Shown here in pieces: positions 14,505 to 27,468 of a stretch of 64,000 bases of DNA (position 1 is its first letter; each line of letters opens with the position of its first letter). This stretch comes from the human T2T-CHM13v2.0 reference genome, Homo sapiens. Under the pieces are notes generated by a model. That model had not been told where the DNA came from. It worked only from the letters and a program-made list of their open reading frames with translations, and did no database searches. The stretch lies in NCBI RefSeq assembly GCF_009914755.1, contig NC_060930.1; one strand, given 5' to 3'. Made by a program: the position numbers and the translations under genes.

Positions 14505-14848
14505 ACAGGACCTTTGCTGCTTCCTCTGCTGGAGCTTGTCAAAGCTGGCCCCTTCTCTTATTTCAGGTTCCAGCTTGTATGTCACCTTCTGAGAGAAGTC
14601 TTCTTTGACCATCCTAACTAAAGATACCCTGGACGTCCTGTTTTATTGAATTCATAACATTTATTACTATGTACATATGTATTTAGTCAGTTTGTTATAT
14701 TTATGTTTACTTGAATCCCTCTACACGCACTGAAATGTGAACCCATAGAGAAGAGAGATCTTATCTGTCTTGTCCCTCCCCCAGCATCCAGAAAAGTGCC
14801 TGGTCCAGAGTAGATGCTTTGTGAGTAACTTGTGAATGAAAGAATGAA
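14505..14848 (+). mobile_element. L2a 3' fragment
   Basis: ATGTCACCTTCTGAGAGAAGTCTTCTTTGACCATCC...AGTGCCTGGTCCAGAGTAGATGCT...GTGAATGAAAGAATGAA. Confidence 0.8.
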
Positions 14849-14861
14849 CACGAGACGTTGA

Positions 14862-14980
14862 TATTATAATCTCTATCATACAGATGCAGAAACCGAGACT
14901 CAGAGTGGTTTAATTGCCAACTCTGAAGCTTCATCACGGGTAAGCAACTGATTCTAGATTCAAACTCAAGTTTGACCTAA
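14862..14980 (-). mobile_element. MIR fragment
   Basis: TACAGATGCAGAAACCGAGACTCAGAG...GATTCAAACTCAAGT. Confidence 0.7.
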
Positions 14981-15180
14981 GAGCAAATCTTGACTCTGCT
15001 ATTTGGCCTCTCTAAGTGGAACCATTTTCAACTGTCATCAATGTTTACATCTACCTGAGAGGATGCTAATAAGATAATGATTACAATGACAATGAAAATT
15101 GTGATACCAATAACTGCTTACACTTCGAGTGTTTATTGGGCCTCTCCTTGATCACATGCAGAGCACACACCACCTCAGCT

Positions 15181-15315
15181 GGCAGCACATTTATTACTGG
15201 TTACCTCTAATTTTTTAAAAGTTCTTTCTTATCTTGAGCTAAAATCTACCACTATGCATCTTTCACCCACTGATCTCAGTGTATCCCTCTATAACAAACA
15301 CAGTGAATCTCTTCT
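15181..15315 (-). mobile_element. L3/CR1 LINE fragment
   Basis: CTCTAATTTTTTAAAAGTTCTTTCTTATCTTGAGCTAAAATCT...TTTCACCCACTGATCTCAGT resembles recalled L3 consensus. Confidence 0.65.
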
Positions 15316-15381
15316 AGCTGCCAAGTAGAGAAAGTACGTGGCCTAAGAATGGACTTGGGGTCTGGATATCACTAGTTTTTA

Positions 15382-15407
15382 TTGTTGTTGTTGTTGTTGT
15401 TGTTGTT
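15382..15407. repeat. (TTG)8 microsatellite
   Basis: Direct read of the sequence. Confidence 0.95.
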
Positions 15408-16349
15408 TAACCGATTTGCAAATACCTAGTAAGTCAAGCATTCCCAGGTGGGTAATTTACAAGACAATTTACCTGCCACGGGTGCTTTAATGAGTATTAT
15501 TATTGTAGTTTCATCTTAATTAATAGTGATATTCTTTTTCTTAGCTAGTAGATAAGCACACTCTTATTAAGGAAATTGGGTTGTCACCACTGGCTTTGAG
15601 TAATTCGTTTTGTCTATGCAAGCTGTCTTCATACGAAAAAGGTTTTCATACTATATCCAGTCCCCCCTCCAACTTGAATGTGATAAGGATTGATCAGGAG
15701 GAACCAGGTAAAACCTCTGAGCTCCTTAAAACCAAGGCCCAATACAAACCTGTTCAATTTTGTGGTCTCTGGCTTCAACTTTTGGCTTTTGAGAGCATTT
15801 TAGTCCAAACTACACTGTGGTCTCTGTGGTCTTTGCTGGTGGCAACTGGGGATCTTGTATGGCTCATAACTTTTATCTAGGTCCAAATTTTCTGTTCTGT
15901 TCCACACAAAGAAATAGAGAAAAATATGATACAGCAGCTAATATTTAGTATGTACTGTGAGCCAAGAATTGTTCTAAATCTTTTACTTGGATTATTGCAT
16001 TTAATAGCTATATTATATTCTGGGAAAATAGCATAGGCCCTCTTTTCTTGTAATACATTTCATGCATTTTCTTCATTTCATCCTTAATTTCAATTTCCTA
16101 CTTTATGATATTCTATCTTCCTCAGTGATATGACTGATTCAATGCAATAATTCATGTAACGTGCTTACAGCAGTGCCTCGGAGAGACTTAACACTCAAGA
16201 AATCCTAGCTGTTGTGATTACTGTATTTCTTTCTTGATGCTGAACAGATCAGTATTTTTGGATCTAGATTCACAGTGGAGCATGCAGTTTTCTGGCTTAA
16301 ATCAACACACTGTACTACAGTCGACAGGATGATAAGGTAGAAATAGCAA

Positions 16350-16495
16350 CATGCTGCAGGGCAAGAGATCTGGGGTCAGGCTTTAGCTCTGCACTTTAAT
16401 AGGCTGCGAACACCCCAGCAGTTCCTCGACTCCTGAGAGCTTTGATTCCTCATTTATACATGAGATATATGAACCTGGTGATCTCTGAGATCCCT
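16350..16495 (+). mobile_element. MIR/MIR3 fragment
   Basis: GAGATCTGGGGTC...CTCTGCACT...TTCCTCATTTATA...GGTGATCTCTGAGATCCCTT. Confidence 0.5.
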
Positions 16496-16839
16496 TACCT
16501 CATGTGAACCTTCCTTGACAGAATGTGAATTTCACCATAATGAGGATTATGTTTCTGTAGTCTCAGCTCACGTAGTACGTTAAAGAGACCCCAAAGCACC
16601 ATAGTGGAAGATTCTTCAGGAAATGCTTGGTTAGTAAGGAACATCAGGAAAGGACCCTCCAGGACTCCCTTCTGTCTGTTCCCCCATAGCACTCACTAGT
16701 AGGTGAAGCCATCAGTAACTAATGGGGTTAGGAATTATCGGGAACGGCAGTGTGAAATGCACCATTGGTAGTATCTGGTTTTTTTTTTGTTGTTGTTGTT
16801 GTTTTATGTCAATTCGTTCTGATTCTTATTGCAAGGGAA

Positions 16840-16980
16840 GTAGTGTGGCGTGATAAGAAAAGTGCTGGCCCCAGAGTCCAGAGCCTGTGAATTTCATTTC
16901 AGCTCTGCCACTGTCTGGTTTTCTAGCAAATGACATTGACCTTCCCTGGGCCTTAGTTTTCGCAGTTGACAAACTAGAGG
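16840..16980 (+). mobile_element. MIR fragment
   Basis: AGTGCTGGCCCCAGAGTCCAGAG...CAGCTCTGCCACT...CTGGGCCTTAGTTTTC. Confidence 0.65.
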
Positions 16981-17556
16981 ATTGCTAAAAATTTCTGGCA
17001 GTTTAAAAACTCTCTGCTACCAATTTCTTTATAGAAGGACAATACTCATATGAAATCCTATTGACAGAAAAGCATTTTGTCTCCCCTTTCTCTTTTTTTT
17101 TGCCAAGTGTAAAGAGAGTTGGTGTGGAAAAATATATTCTCCTGTGAAAAGGTTCATTCAGCCTTTTCTTAATAGATCAAGTGGTTGGTATTTCGGCTGG
17201 CTTCTGAAATACATTACAAATCACAATCTGGAAAAAGTTCCAAAGCAGCTCCAAGCCTTCCTGCTGAATTTGGATACATCTTTAAGTCTTACTCTGCAGC
17301 TCATCCTTAACAACTGACAAAATATTTACTTTGCTCAGTACAGAAAAGGGTAACATTTTCCAAAATATTAAACTAGGTTGGATTCAGAACACAGACAATG
17401 AGGCAAAAAGCTGGACCTCTGTTCGAAGCAGTATCATTGAATCATTTTCCAGAGTGCCATGAGAAACAGCCTTGGTGGATGTTTGTGCTCCACAGTAATT
17501 CTGAAAAAGGCAGAAGCCAGCCAGCCTCTGTCTAGCAGACCCACTGGTGTGCTGAG

Positions 17557-17769
17557 CAGTGATTCTCAAAGTGTAGTCCCTGTGCCAGCAGCATCAGCAT
17601 CTACTGGCAACTGGTTAGAGATGCAGATTCTCACAATCCATCCCAGACCTACAAAATCAGAACGTTCCAAAATGTGGCCTCCCAATCTGTGCTGTAACGA
17701 GTCCTCCAGGTAAACAAGGAAAGTTTGTTTCCTTGTTTCCTGGTACTGAGGAAAGTTTGCAAACCATTG
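17557..17769. mobile_element. MER5A (hAT-Charlie MITE) with internal inverted insertion
   Basis: CAGTGATTCTCAAAGTGTAGTCCC...GCAGCATCAGCATC...GTTAGAGATGCAGATTCTC...AAAGTTTGCAAACCATTG. Confidence 0.88.
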
Positions 17770-18479
17770 GTTTAGGCCTGTGAAGGCTACAGGTGTTTAT
17801 TACCTTGCAATTGGAAGTTTGAAAAAAGGACAAGACTAGTAACTCAAGTTTTTGTTAATGAATTAATTTTTTTTCAAATGTAAATAATTTGAAATTTGGA
17901 GGTGTTGCTTTTTGAAATGCTGTCCCCTCTAAGTCTTTGTCCCTCTCTTCCCATCTCCCTCCCCAGCCCCACTTCATGCTTACGGCAACAGGGTCTGAAT
18001 TATATTTGTCTGTTTTTAAGACAGTGAAAATGCACTGCAATTTGGTTTAATGTACTTGAATGTAGCTAGTAATTTTGATAAAAATTTAATTGCATTTTTT
18101 TAAACAGACTCTCACTTGAAGTTCCTCTATGATGAAAAGGTGGACAAAAATTGAATAACTACAATTTATAATGTTCTGTTCTATCAATGAGCCTTCTTTT
18201 TAACAGAATAACTATTTTTTATAAATAAATTGTGATTTATTTTAAATTAAATTACTGGAAATCAGTCTAGTCACCAGCTTTAATTAAGAAATAGACTACC
18301 ATCATAAGGGCTGTAGTGTTGATTTTAAAATTGCAAATAATTTTTAGGGGAAATTATGATAGCCCTCATAAGACCTCCTCCTCCTCCCGAACGTCTCCTG
18401 CCTGCCCTGCCTCTTCTGTGTTACGTGCCTGGCCACTGCAGGAATCTGAGCTGTGACCTTTGTCCTGCAGTCTCGTGCT

Positions 18480-19810
18480 TGGTGATGTCATCCGGTCCCA
18501 GGGTTTCAACTCCTGCATCTGTTGATTTGGAAGGCACACAAATCTGTAACTAGAGGGTGATTTCGCTCCTGAGTTGTAGCCAATGTCACCAACTGCTTCA
18601 ATGTCTTTCCAGCGCCTTAAGACCACACATCCAAACCGGAACTCCTCATCTTTTACCCTCCCTTTCCTCTTCCCAACATCCCTATTTCCTTTAATGGGCA
18701 TTTCCCACCCATGACCTGCCATTAAGTTGAGGGCAGGAAACCAGGAATAGTAGGAGGTTCTGGGGTTTGGAACTATGTGGGTCTGGATTCAAATCCAGGT
18801 TGGCCACCTCTTGGTCAAGTGCCATTAGGCAACTCACTTCTCAGATCTTCAGCTTCTTCATTTGTAAACAGAGAATTGTTTGGAGAAATAAGAGAAGAAA
18901 AGTATATTAAAATTTGGTTGTGTAATGTATTATCCAAACCAGAGCATATTGACAGTGAATGTGGCTATTGTTAATAATTATTCCATGACCCTCCAAAAAA
19001 GACAAAATCTTAAGCTGCACCAAGCAAAACAGGATGTGTGTTCATTCTACGTGTTTAGTGCTATGAGTAATGTAGTAGGTCCTCAATAAATACATGTTCC
19101 CTTTCCCTTCCTTCCTGTTATAACAATGTTTGTCTTCAGTATTTTCTGAATCTGCCTGTGGTTTCCATCCCTCCTACCCCTACAGCTGTCCTCAGTCCCT
19201 GACATTAAGACCATTGTAATGTTCTCCCAACCAGGTTCCTTGCCTTCCATTTTTCCCGTCTAATAGATTCCATGTACGTTTGCCAGATTAATCTTCTGAA
19301 ACCACATCTCTTAAACCATTCTCTGCCTCAAGACCCCTTAATGAGTGCCCATTGCCCGCTTAATAAAGTTAAAACTCTACAGCATGGTATTTAAAAGTCT
19401 TCCTGCTTGGAGTCCAGTAGCTTTCCTCCGACTTAATTCCAAGCACTGTCCTTTGTCTATACCAGGTTCTTGGCAAACTCTACCATTTCCCAACAGCCTT
19501 GCCTTCCCTGACTGCTGGAGTCTTCCCTCCTGTCTCTGCCTGTTCAAATCCACTGTCCTTTCTGCTGAAGTGTGGCCTCTTCCAGAAAGGCTTCCCTTGT
19601 CTGCCCAGTGAGAAGCTCTCCCCCACCCTAAATTATCTTAACAATGTTTTATTCATATCCCTCTCTTTTTTATATTGTAGTTGATCAGGTTCATGTCTTA
19701 GACATCCCACAAGGAAGGGGAATGGGAGGCAGTTCAAGCCTCTTTGCCTCAGATAATTCACACATGAGAGGAATTCAGAAAATGCTTGTTGAACAATGAA
19801 TAAATGACTG
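18480..19810 (+). mobile_element. L2 fragments, with MIR at about 18745-18975
   Basis: CATCCAAACCGGAACTCCTCATCTT; TTGCCAGATTAATCTTCTGAAACCACATCT; ends TGCTTGTTGAACAATGAATAAATGA. MIR core GGATTCAAATCCAGGTTGGCCAC...TTCTTCATTTGTAAA. Confidence 0.7.
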
Positions 19811-20623
19811 ACTGAAAGTCATTTTTGCCTTCAATAATTAAATACTGCCATTGCTTTATCTTTAAGTAAGCAAAACTTCGTAAAACATAAGGCAGGTATT
19901 CTTATTTATTTTGCTTCGTTTAAGAACTAGGAGATTGAAGTCTTTACTATTATTGACAGTAAAGATTCTAAAACTACAAATGACTTTTTCCTGCATCTTC
20001 ATGTTGATGTTATTAGCTTTATTTGCCTAAAAGAGGCAGCTTATTTAATAATTAGAAAAAAAACCCTGTAGCTCCAAGAAGCGAATTTTACATATCATAA
20101 AGTAAAAGTCAGAACCTGCTTACAACTCAGGTATTGGAAAACACAGTTTGTCTCATTGACTGCCTGTCCCCAAACTCCAAACTGTATGGGGCAACTTTGT
20201 CTTGCTTTTCCCTTGTTTCTGTTTCAATTTTAGAGGCGAATTTGTATATATTTTAATGTAAGATGGCTCTACTCTCTCTTTTGGCATATTTGTTTTTATA
20301 ATTGTTTTATAGTCAATAACACATATACTTTTTTTAAATAGCACATCTGTGACTAAGGGAATAGGTTTTAGCAAATTTAAAAAACAAAAAAAATTGCTCC
20401 AGATCTCTTTAAGAGAAAGCTGCTCATTTGCAAAGAGATCATTTGTAATTGCCGGTGAATCTTGTGTAATGATGATAGAGAAAACCAGTCATCATTGTTC
20501 TCTGACTTCTGTTTCAACATTTATCCACTTGTTTGTCTTACAAAAGTGCTCAGGTATAATGACAAGAGTCACATCTGTTCAGGCTTGCCTTAAAATGGCA
20601 GTTACACATTCCATTCTTCTTAA

Positions 20624-20934
<311 letters not shown>

Positions 20935-21271
20935 TCTTCTTAACTTTTTAATTCAAGAGATCTTTTTCTTTGCATTACATAATTCCCCAAATAATTCTGT
21001 TAGCTGCTGCAAATATTTTTACCAGACTTTCATCTCAGTGTGTGTTTTTGGAAGTGAAAATATAGACAGTTAATTTTTATTGAATTTAAAATAGGTAGGC
21101 CTCAGAATTAGCATAATTTTGTGAAAATTGTGTAGAATCTACTTAGGTGGCCATTAAAAATGAATGGAGTTAGCAAGGGGTAGCTAATTCCCATCCTCTC
21201 TCAGGGAACTCTGGGATGTCAAGGCAGGCCACCAAGGATCTTATTTTTATGAAGAACCTAGTGCCCTAAAG

Positions 21272-21501
21272 CAAGCTTGTCCAACCTGTGGCCCGCAGCC
21301 GACATGCAGCCCAGGACAGCTTTGAATGCTACCCAACACAAATTTATAAACTTTCTTAAAACATTGAGTTTTTGTCTTTTTTTTTTTTTTTTTTTTTAGT
21401 TCATCAGCTATCGTTAGTGTTTAGTATAGTTTATGTGTGACCCAAGGCAATTCTTCTTCTTCCAATGTGGCCCAGAGAAGCCAAAAGATTGGACACCCAT
21501 G
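21272..21501 (-). mobile_element. MER30 (hAT-Charlie MITE)
   Basis: CAAGCTTGTCCAACC...CCAATGTGGCCCAGAGAAGCCAAAAGATTGGACACC; TSD CCCTAAAG/TCCTAAAG. Confidence 0.92.
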
Positions 21502-22275
21502 TCCTAAAGAAGATAATTCACTGTCTGAACTTCTATCATCAAATTAAGTCTCTTGAACAAAGGTAAAAGACTTCTTGGAAGTCAGAAGGTTGTCCCAGAA
21601 AGCAAGAATTTTACCTGTAGCCAGTCAGTCACCCTGTCAACAAATGCTTAGTTATGTCCTGGGCCCTGGACAAAGTGTTGAGAATGGGATTGGAAACAGC
21701 CCAGCAGGGTCCTGTGTGGAGTATGCTGTCTGGTGGAGAGGAGCCATTACAGCTGCCCCGTGCCCCTGCCCCGTGCCCCTCCTTCATCCCCATTTGGCCC
21801 TATTGGCATCAGAGGAAGACTTCGGAAAGCACTAAGGAGAGATAATCTTAAAGTGTCCTCCAGCCTGGGGCCTGGAAAATTCTAAATTCTTGGATCTAAG
21901 AGATTGTAAAATTGAAAAAACAAAAGCACAAAAACAGGCTTTTAGGGCCTAAAATATTCCAATAACCTTGCAGAGTCTTATCCTCCAAATATAGGCCAAA
22001 AGAGCTTGATCTCTTTGGAGTAATTTTTTTTTTCAACATGGAAAGCCCTGACTGATATTTTAGGGTTCTTTCAACAGGGTTCTTTTGATGCAAAAACGAA
22101 GATTTAGTGGCCATAGGGGTTGGGTCTTGGAGGACCTAGGGGTGGGCTGGCAGCATCTACTATCAGGGTGCACATGCACAGGGACCCAGGACAGGCCAGG
22201 AGGAGCTGGGGCCATCGAAGGACCGAGCTGCAGGAAGAATGGAAGAGCATGGGTTGTCACCTCATGGTCCTTAAT

Positions 22276-22289
22276 GTGACTCAGCAATT
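22276..22289 (+). promoter_or_regulatory. ARE / NF-E2 (CNC-sMAF) motif
   Basis: GTGACTCAGCAATT matches RTGACTCAGCA plus AT-rich flank; motif only. Confidence 0.35.
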
Positions 22290-24175
22290 CCCCCAGAGCT
22301 TGCTGCATTCCTCTTTATCTGTTAGGTATCTATTATCTACCTCCCTTAACCTCCTCTCTTTCTATTTTATCTTTCTCTGTAGTGAGTTCAAACACTTTAA
22401 AGCCTGAAACTCTTTCTTCAAGTAACATCTTATATTTAAAGCTGATAAAAACTGAACTGCAAAGTGGCAGTAGGCTCAGCCCCTCCCACTCGGACCTCCC
22501 CTCATCCCTGCACCAGTCCCTGTGTTACCTCCAAAAGAACCCCAAAAGCAGCTTGGAATATGCTTTGAAAAATCTCTGCCCTGCCCTCTTAGATTTGGTT
22601 CTCTCATAGTTTACTGTTCTCCGTGACCTACAATGACCACTTTAGGCCCCCAAGGGGCTGTATTTTGTTTTTTTCGCATCAGGCCTCTTTACATACAGAC
22701 TGGACTATTCTTGAATGAAGCGCCCACCTCTGACCAGTCAGTTGTGGCCAAGGCGAAGATGGAGTTAAGTTGTACAAAATGTGGCTAGGTAAGGCTACCT
22801 CTACAGCGGGGACTGAGAAAGACGGTGGCCCTCTGCAGGACTGTGTGTGGGACAGGCACCATGACTGCCATGTGTGGGTGGAGCAAGTGTCCCAACACCA
22901 AAACTAGGAGAGTCTACAGGCAGGCAACAGCATCAAACAGCCACAGACCCACATAAGGGAGAGAACAGCTGAGGAGCAGGAAAGAGGATTTGAGTCGCCA
23001 TTAGAGGGTGGGACCACATTTACTTGGACAAACGAGAGGGACTCAGAGGGCTTCGACTCTGGGACTATTGAAAGCTCAAAACCAAATGAAGAAAAGATTG
23101 TCACAAAAGTGATGAATTGGCCCCAAGATGGGTGTGGTCTGGGGAACAGGGAAAATAAAAGTAACCTTCATCTGCTCCTTTGTGTAGGTGTGGAGCTCGC
23201 TTTTAAAAAATGTGTTCTTTTCATTTCCAAGATGTCAAGTATAAAACGCCAACTCACTTTAAATTTAAGAGTTCAATTCTTATTCTCTTAAAAGGCAAAG
23301 GTTGCTTTTGTGGCCACATGAGACACTGCTTTGAAGGATGCCTGGCTAAGATCTTTTTGGCAGTGCCGGATCATGCCATTGCCATGATAGAAACCCAGAT
23401 TTGGGGCCAGTAGGAGGAACTGTGACTCTCCAAGCCAAAGGAGGCAGAATATGGCCCTAAGTGGGCCCTGTGCTTCAGTAGGGGCAAGGCCTGACTCCAG
23501 GAGTACCCTTGGACTTGGCCTTAAGGCAGTGTGAAGACAGCAGCTCTGTTTCTTGCAATTTGAACAAAGCACATGAAACAATTTGTACTTACTACTCATA
23601 TATGAAGACTTTTGCCTCCAAAATGGAATTGGTTTGGAGACTTAAGTTGTAATTCTGGCTTTGACACTACCTTAGTGTGTAATTGTATTCCACTTTTTTA
23701 ACCTTTTAGTTTCTTTTTTGGTGAAAGACATATTCACTTCTAATATATCCCAAATTGGGAATCCCAGCAAAGCATTCCTACAACCTGTTGTCCATTCCCT
23801 TCTAGCCTCTCTGGAGTTCTATCACAAACAGATAGGTGCAGCTTGTTGGGAAAAGTGTATTATTTTATCATGTAATGGACATTTTCACATTTGCAATTTA
23901 ATGCTTTCCAACTCACCAGAACATGTAGACCATCATTAATGCTACCACACCCTCATTTACCAGGAGACTGCTATGATGTCATTGCTTGTGTCTCAAATGA
24001 GTTAAACCACCATGACAGTGACAACTCATCATTCTTCTTTCAGCAGATAATACCATCCCCACAGACCACACTCCACAGAAAAAGATGATCAAGGCAATGC
24101 CCTTTAGTTGTTTTTTTCTTAATCCTTTTGTAATAATTTCATTTTTAATGCCTCTCGTTTCTGGACTCTCAGAAC

Positions 24176-24195
24176 AAAAAAAAAAAAAAAAAAAA
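24176..24195 (+). repeat. A20 homopolymer with no adjacent SINE
   Basis: Direct read of the sequence. Confidence 0.9.
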
Positions 24196-24557
24196 GGATC
24201 TTTGACCAGAGTCAAGGAGGAAATCTGTGGGTTTCTGTGGTACTATTTCATATGCAACCTGTCCCATTTACAAGGCTTCATCATTCAGTGAGAGAAAATG
24301 ACATTACATCAGATTCGATGGGACATTTCATGGTCTTATTGTCTTATTTTAAAAGTAATTAAAAATGTGATCCTGAGCTCATAGAACTTTCCTAACTTAT
24401 AATTGACTAGCGCTAATATCTCATCTTCTTTCCATTTACCCTCAAACGTGGAGATTGGCTTCTATAAGTCTAAAATAGCAACCCGATTAGGTTTAAAATC
24501 TAATTAAATTCTAACCTGTGAAAGTTTAAGATCCTTTAATGGTTTGCTAATGTCCCT

Positions 24558-25212
24558 AGCAGTTTCCCAATGGAAGGTATGATATTGCTATTGATACATG
24601 AAATGATTTTAGGGGCATAGTGGGGAATGATTTTACTACTTATACAAACTTATGCTTATTTTACTATGTGTTAGTAAAAATTTAAATACATATTAAAGTA
24701 AAACTATAACATGTAAGATAGTTAAGTTATAACATACTATCTTATATGTTATAGTTTATATTATAGCTTACATATTATCATATTAGTATAATATATTATA
24801 ATTTAAAAATACTGATTACCTGTTAAATGATAATATTTAGTGTTTGTTGAATTAAATAAGATATACTATTAAAGTTAACTTCACACTTTTCTTTTTTACA
24901 CTCTTTTTTCTTTTATAATAATCATATTAGTATAATCATATTACAACTATAATATGATTAATATTAGTATAATATTAACTGTTATAAATTAAGAATATCC
25001 TATGCATTAATAAGACAAATATATCATTATATTTTTGCATTTTAATAATAATATATATGTATCAAACCATGGATATTATTACTTAGATGGTCAGTAAAAT
25101 TAGTGAGTCAACCTAGAATTCATTTTCAAAATACTATAATAGCATAAGTTGTTCTTAGATATAGGAAAGCTCACGAAGACAGTAAGAGAATAACTAAAAT
25201 TTGAGAACTATT
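24558..25212 (-). mobile_element. MER113A-like hAT relic with internal AT-rich templated insertion
   Basis: Ends GCAGTTTCCCAA...ATGATTTTAGG and AGTGAGTCAA...GAATAACTAAAATTTGAGAAC resemble recalled MER113 ends. Confidence 0.55.
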
Positions 25213-25349
25213 AATCAACAGAGGAAAGTCTGACTCCTCAACTTGTCTCCAGTTTTACACCTTGCCCCTCTTTATTTCAGCCTTTCAGAACCATTTGTTG
25301 CTCCTTAAATGTACAATTAACTTTCACACCTCCCATTCTTGAATTAAAA

Positions 25350-25540
25350 TGTTGGCTTAATCACATCACATGTGGATGACCTTGGGAAAGTCAGTTACAC
25401 TCTTTGGCTTTAGTTTCCTCATCTAACAAATAGGCATAAAAATAAATGAACCGCCACCCAGCAAAACTTTCTTAAAGTTACTGGATATCATATAGTATTG
25501 TGTAAACTGTAGTAAATTATACAGATATAAGAGATTATAA
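25350..25540 (+). mobile_element. MIR fragment
   Basis: TGACCTTGGGAAAGTCAGTTACACTCTTTGGCTTTAGTTTCCTCATCT. Confidence 0.7.
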
Positions 25541-25639
25541 TACTTTATCTTAACATCTCTCACAGTGCATAGCAAGTGTTCATTACATAGGTGTTAGAGA
25601 ATAAATGAATGCATACCACTGATGTTCAGGTTTGAAATG

Positions 25640-26520
25640 GCATTTATTTCATTAAGCAAGCATTCACAGAATGGCAGTACCTAATGCCGAAATAGTGGAG
25701 GAAGGATTTTTTCCTTCAAGATAGTGAAGGAGACTAACACCTAAAGAGGTAATTACAAATAAGGTATTATGCTAATTTTTAAAATAGACATAAGATGAGG
25801 CGCATTGACTTAGCTGGGAAAGCTTCCCAGAAGAGGTGATACTGAAGCTGCATCTTACAAGATGGGGAGGAACTATCTCGTGAACAGAGTGAAAAAGGGC
25901 TCTCTTGGCTGAGGGAGCATGGGCATAGCTATAGACCAGTAACGTCCAGCAGAAATATAATGCAAGCCACAAATGCAATGCAAACCAGATTAAACAGAAG
26001 TTCAAAGAAAGTGTGAAGTTAGCTGTAATAGTATATCTTATTTAATTCAACAAATACTAAATGTTACCATCTAACAGATAGCCAGTATTTTAAAATTATA
26101 AAGATATTTTACATGCTTTATTTTGTGCTCAAATAAATCTTCAAAATCTGGCATTTACACTTACAGCACATGTCAGTTTAGGCTAATCATATTTCAAGGG
26201 CTTAATAGCTACATGCATGTTGTAGCTACTGTGTTTGATAGCATACGTATAGATGATGGAGGAAAAGCCCAGAATACTAAATAAACCATGAGTTCTTTGA
26301 TATGCCTCTGGCACAGATTCTAGGTGGAGACTGGTGGAAGATGAAAGGGAAATGTAGTCAGATATCAGAGCATGAAGGCCTCAGATACCAAGTCAGGGGA
26401 TCTCTCCATTTAATCATAAAGGCATTGTGGAGCCTTTGCCACCTTTGAAAGATTTTATATAGATCAGATTTGAGGTTTTGAAAGATTCCTCTGGCAAATG
26501 TGTGAAGGATCAATTGTGGG
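25640..26520 (-). mobile_element. L2 fragment, interrupted by MER33
   Basis: GGGAAAGCTTCCCAGAAGAGGTGATACTGAAGCTG; GATCAGATTTGAGGTTTTGAAAGATTCCTCTGGC. Confidence 0.7.
25937..26246. mobile_element. MER33 (hAT-Charlie MITE)
   Basis: AGAAATATAATGCAAGCCACA...TTACACTTACAGCACATGTCAGTT...CATATTTCAAGGGCTTAATAGCTACATG; TSD CTATAGAC/GTATAGAT. Confidence 0.85.
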
Positions 26521-27436
26521 GGCCACAGTGCAAAGAAAGTTGGAGGTATTTCTCAATCTGTTCTGTTTCTCTGTGTTTAATGGAATTTTCATATAAACCC
26601 CAGCAATTAGTAGACAGGCAGCCCTTCTGAATTAGCAGTGTTTCCTGAGTTTTTAATTCTACTCCAGAACTTCATGAGAATTAAGGGTATGGTGGAAGCA
26701 GAGCTAAGAATATCAGGTGTTAAGACAGAAAGTCTGGCATGTGGACACCCTGAGGCTCAGGCGGAGCAGCCCATGAAGTGCGGTTCTTAGTCAAATAGAC
26801 TCTGTCCTCCACCAAACCATGGTGCACAGGCAGTACACCATCACCAAATGCATGTGTGCAGGCCAGCTGTCCCTGATTGTAAGGTATACATCAAAGGGAA
26901 CTATCCACCATCCCCCAAACACCTTCTTTGCCAAGATGCTTCTTACCCCTAAACTCTAGATAATAATCCTTCCTTTGAGGTAAAAATTGATTTTTCTAGC
27001 CCATCTTTTCTAAAGAGGCAAATGTCTTGAGTAGGTTACATGTTTTTATCACCATAACCTGCTAATAACTGAGTTATTTGCTTCCCTTTCCCTTTATGGC
27101 AGAATACAAGCTTCCCAAATTCATTTTTCTCCCCAAAATTGCCTACTTCACAGGGTCCTTTCTTCTTCCTTTTATTTTGCCTTTCTGCCAATTTTGCTCC
27201 ATGGCACCATATTAGCTCCATTGGCCTATAATCCAAAATTCTGCCTATCAGTACATGTTTATGTGTGGAAGGTGGTGCAAATGGACATAGACACTTAAAG
27301 CGATGTCCTTTCAGAGTCACACTGGCCATGCCTCCTGTTTCTTCTGTTCTGGGAGCTCCCAGGCCTATGCTAGTCCCCCTGAGCCAAATAATGACAACTG
27401 GCATGTGCATGAAGCAGTCAGCAAGCTTGGAGGCCA

Positions 27437-27468
27437 CCACCAGAGGGAGGTATTGCCCTCTCTGGTGG
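27437..27468. promoter_or_regulatory. CTCF-like motif inside a short inverted repeat
   Basis: CCACCAGAGGGAG (27437-49) close to the CTCF core; 9-bp arms CCACCAGAG/CTCTGGTGG. Confidence 0.3.

Noticed and set aside
14500-14513. AGGTCACAGGACCT as an estrogen response element
   Set aside because: Spacing is 2 nt with a mismatched half-site, not the IR3 consensus.
17293-17500. Possible minus-strand exon (acceptor CTTTTTCAG at 17501)
   Set aside because: Good acceptor but weak donor (AGA|GTAAGA); cannot be told from a pseudo-exon.
22020-22860. Possible very old MaLR LTR (also about 43820-44400)
   Set aside because: Only short motif resemblance; I cannot define ends or family without an HMM search.
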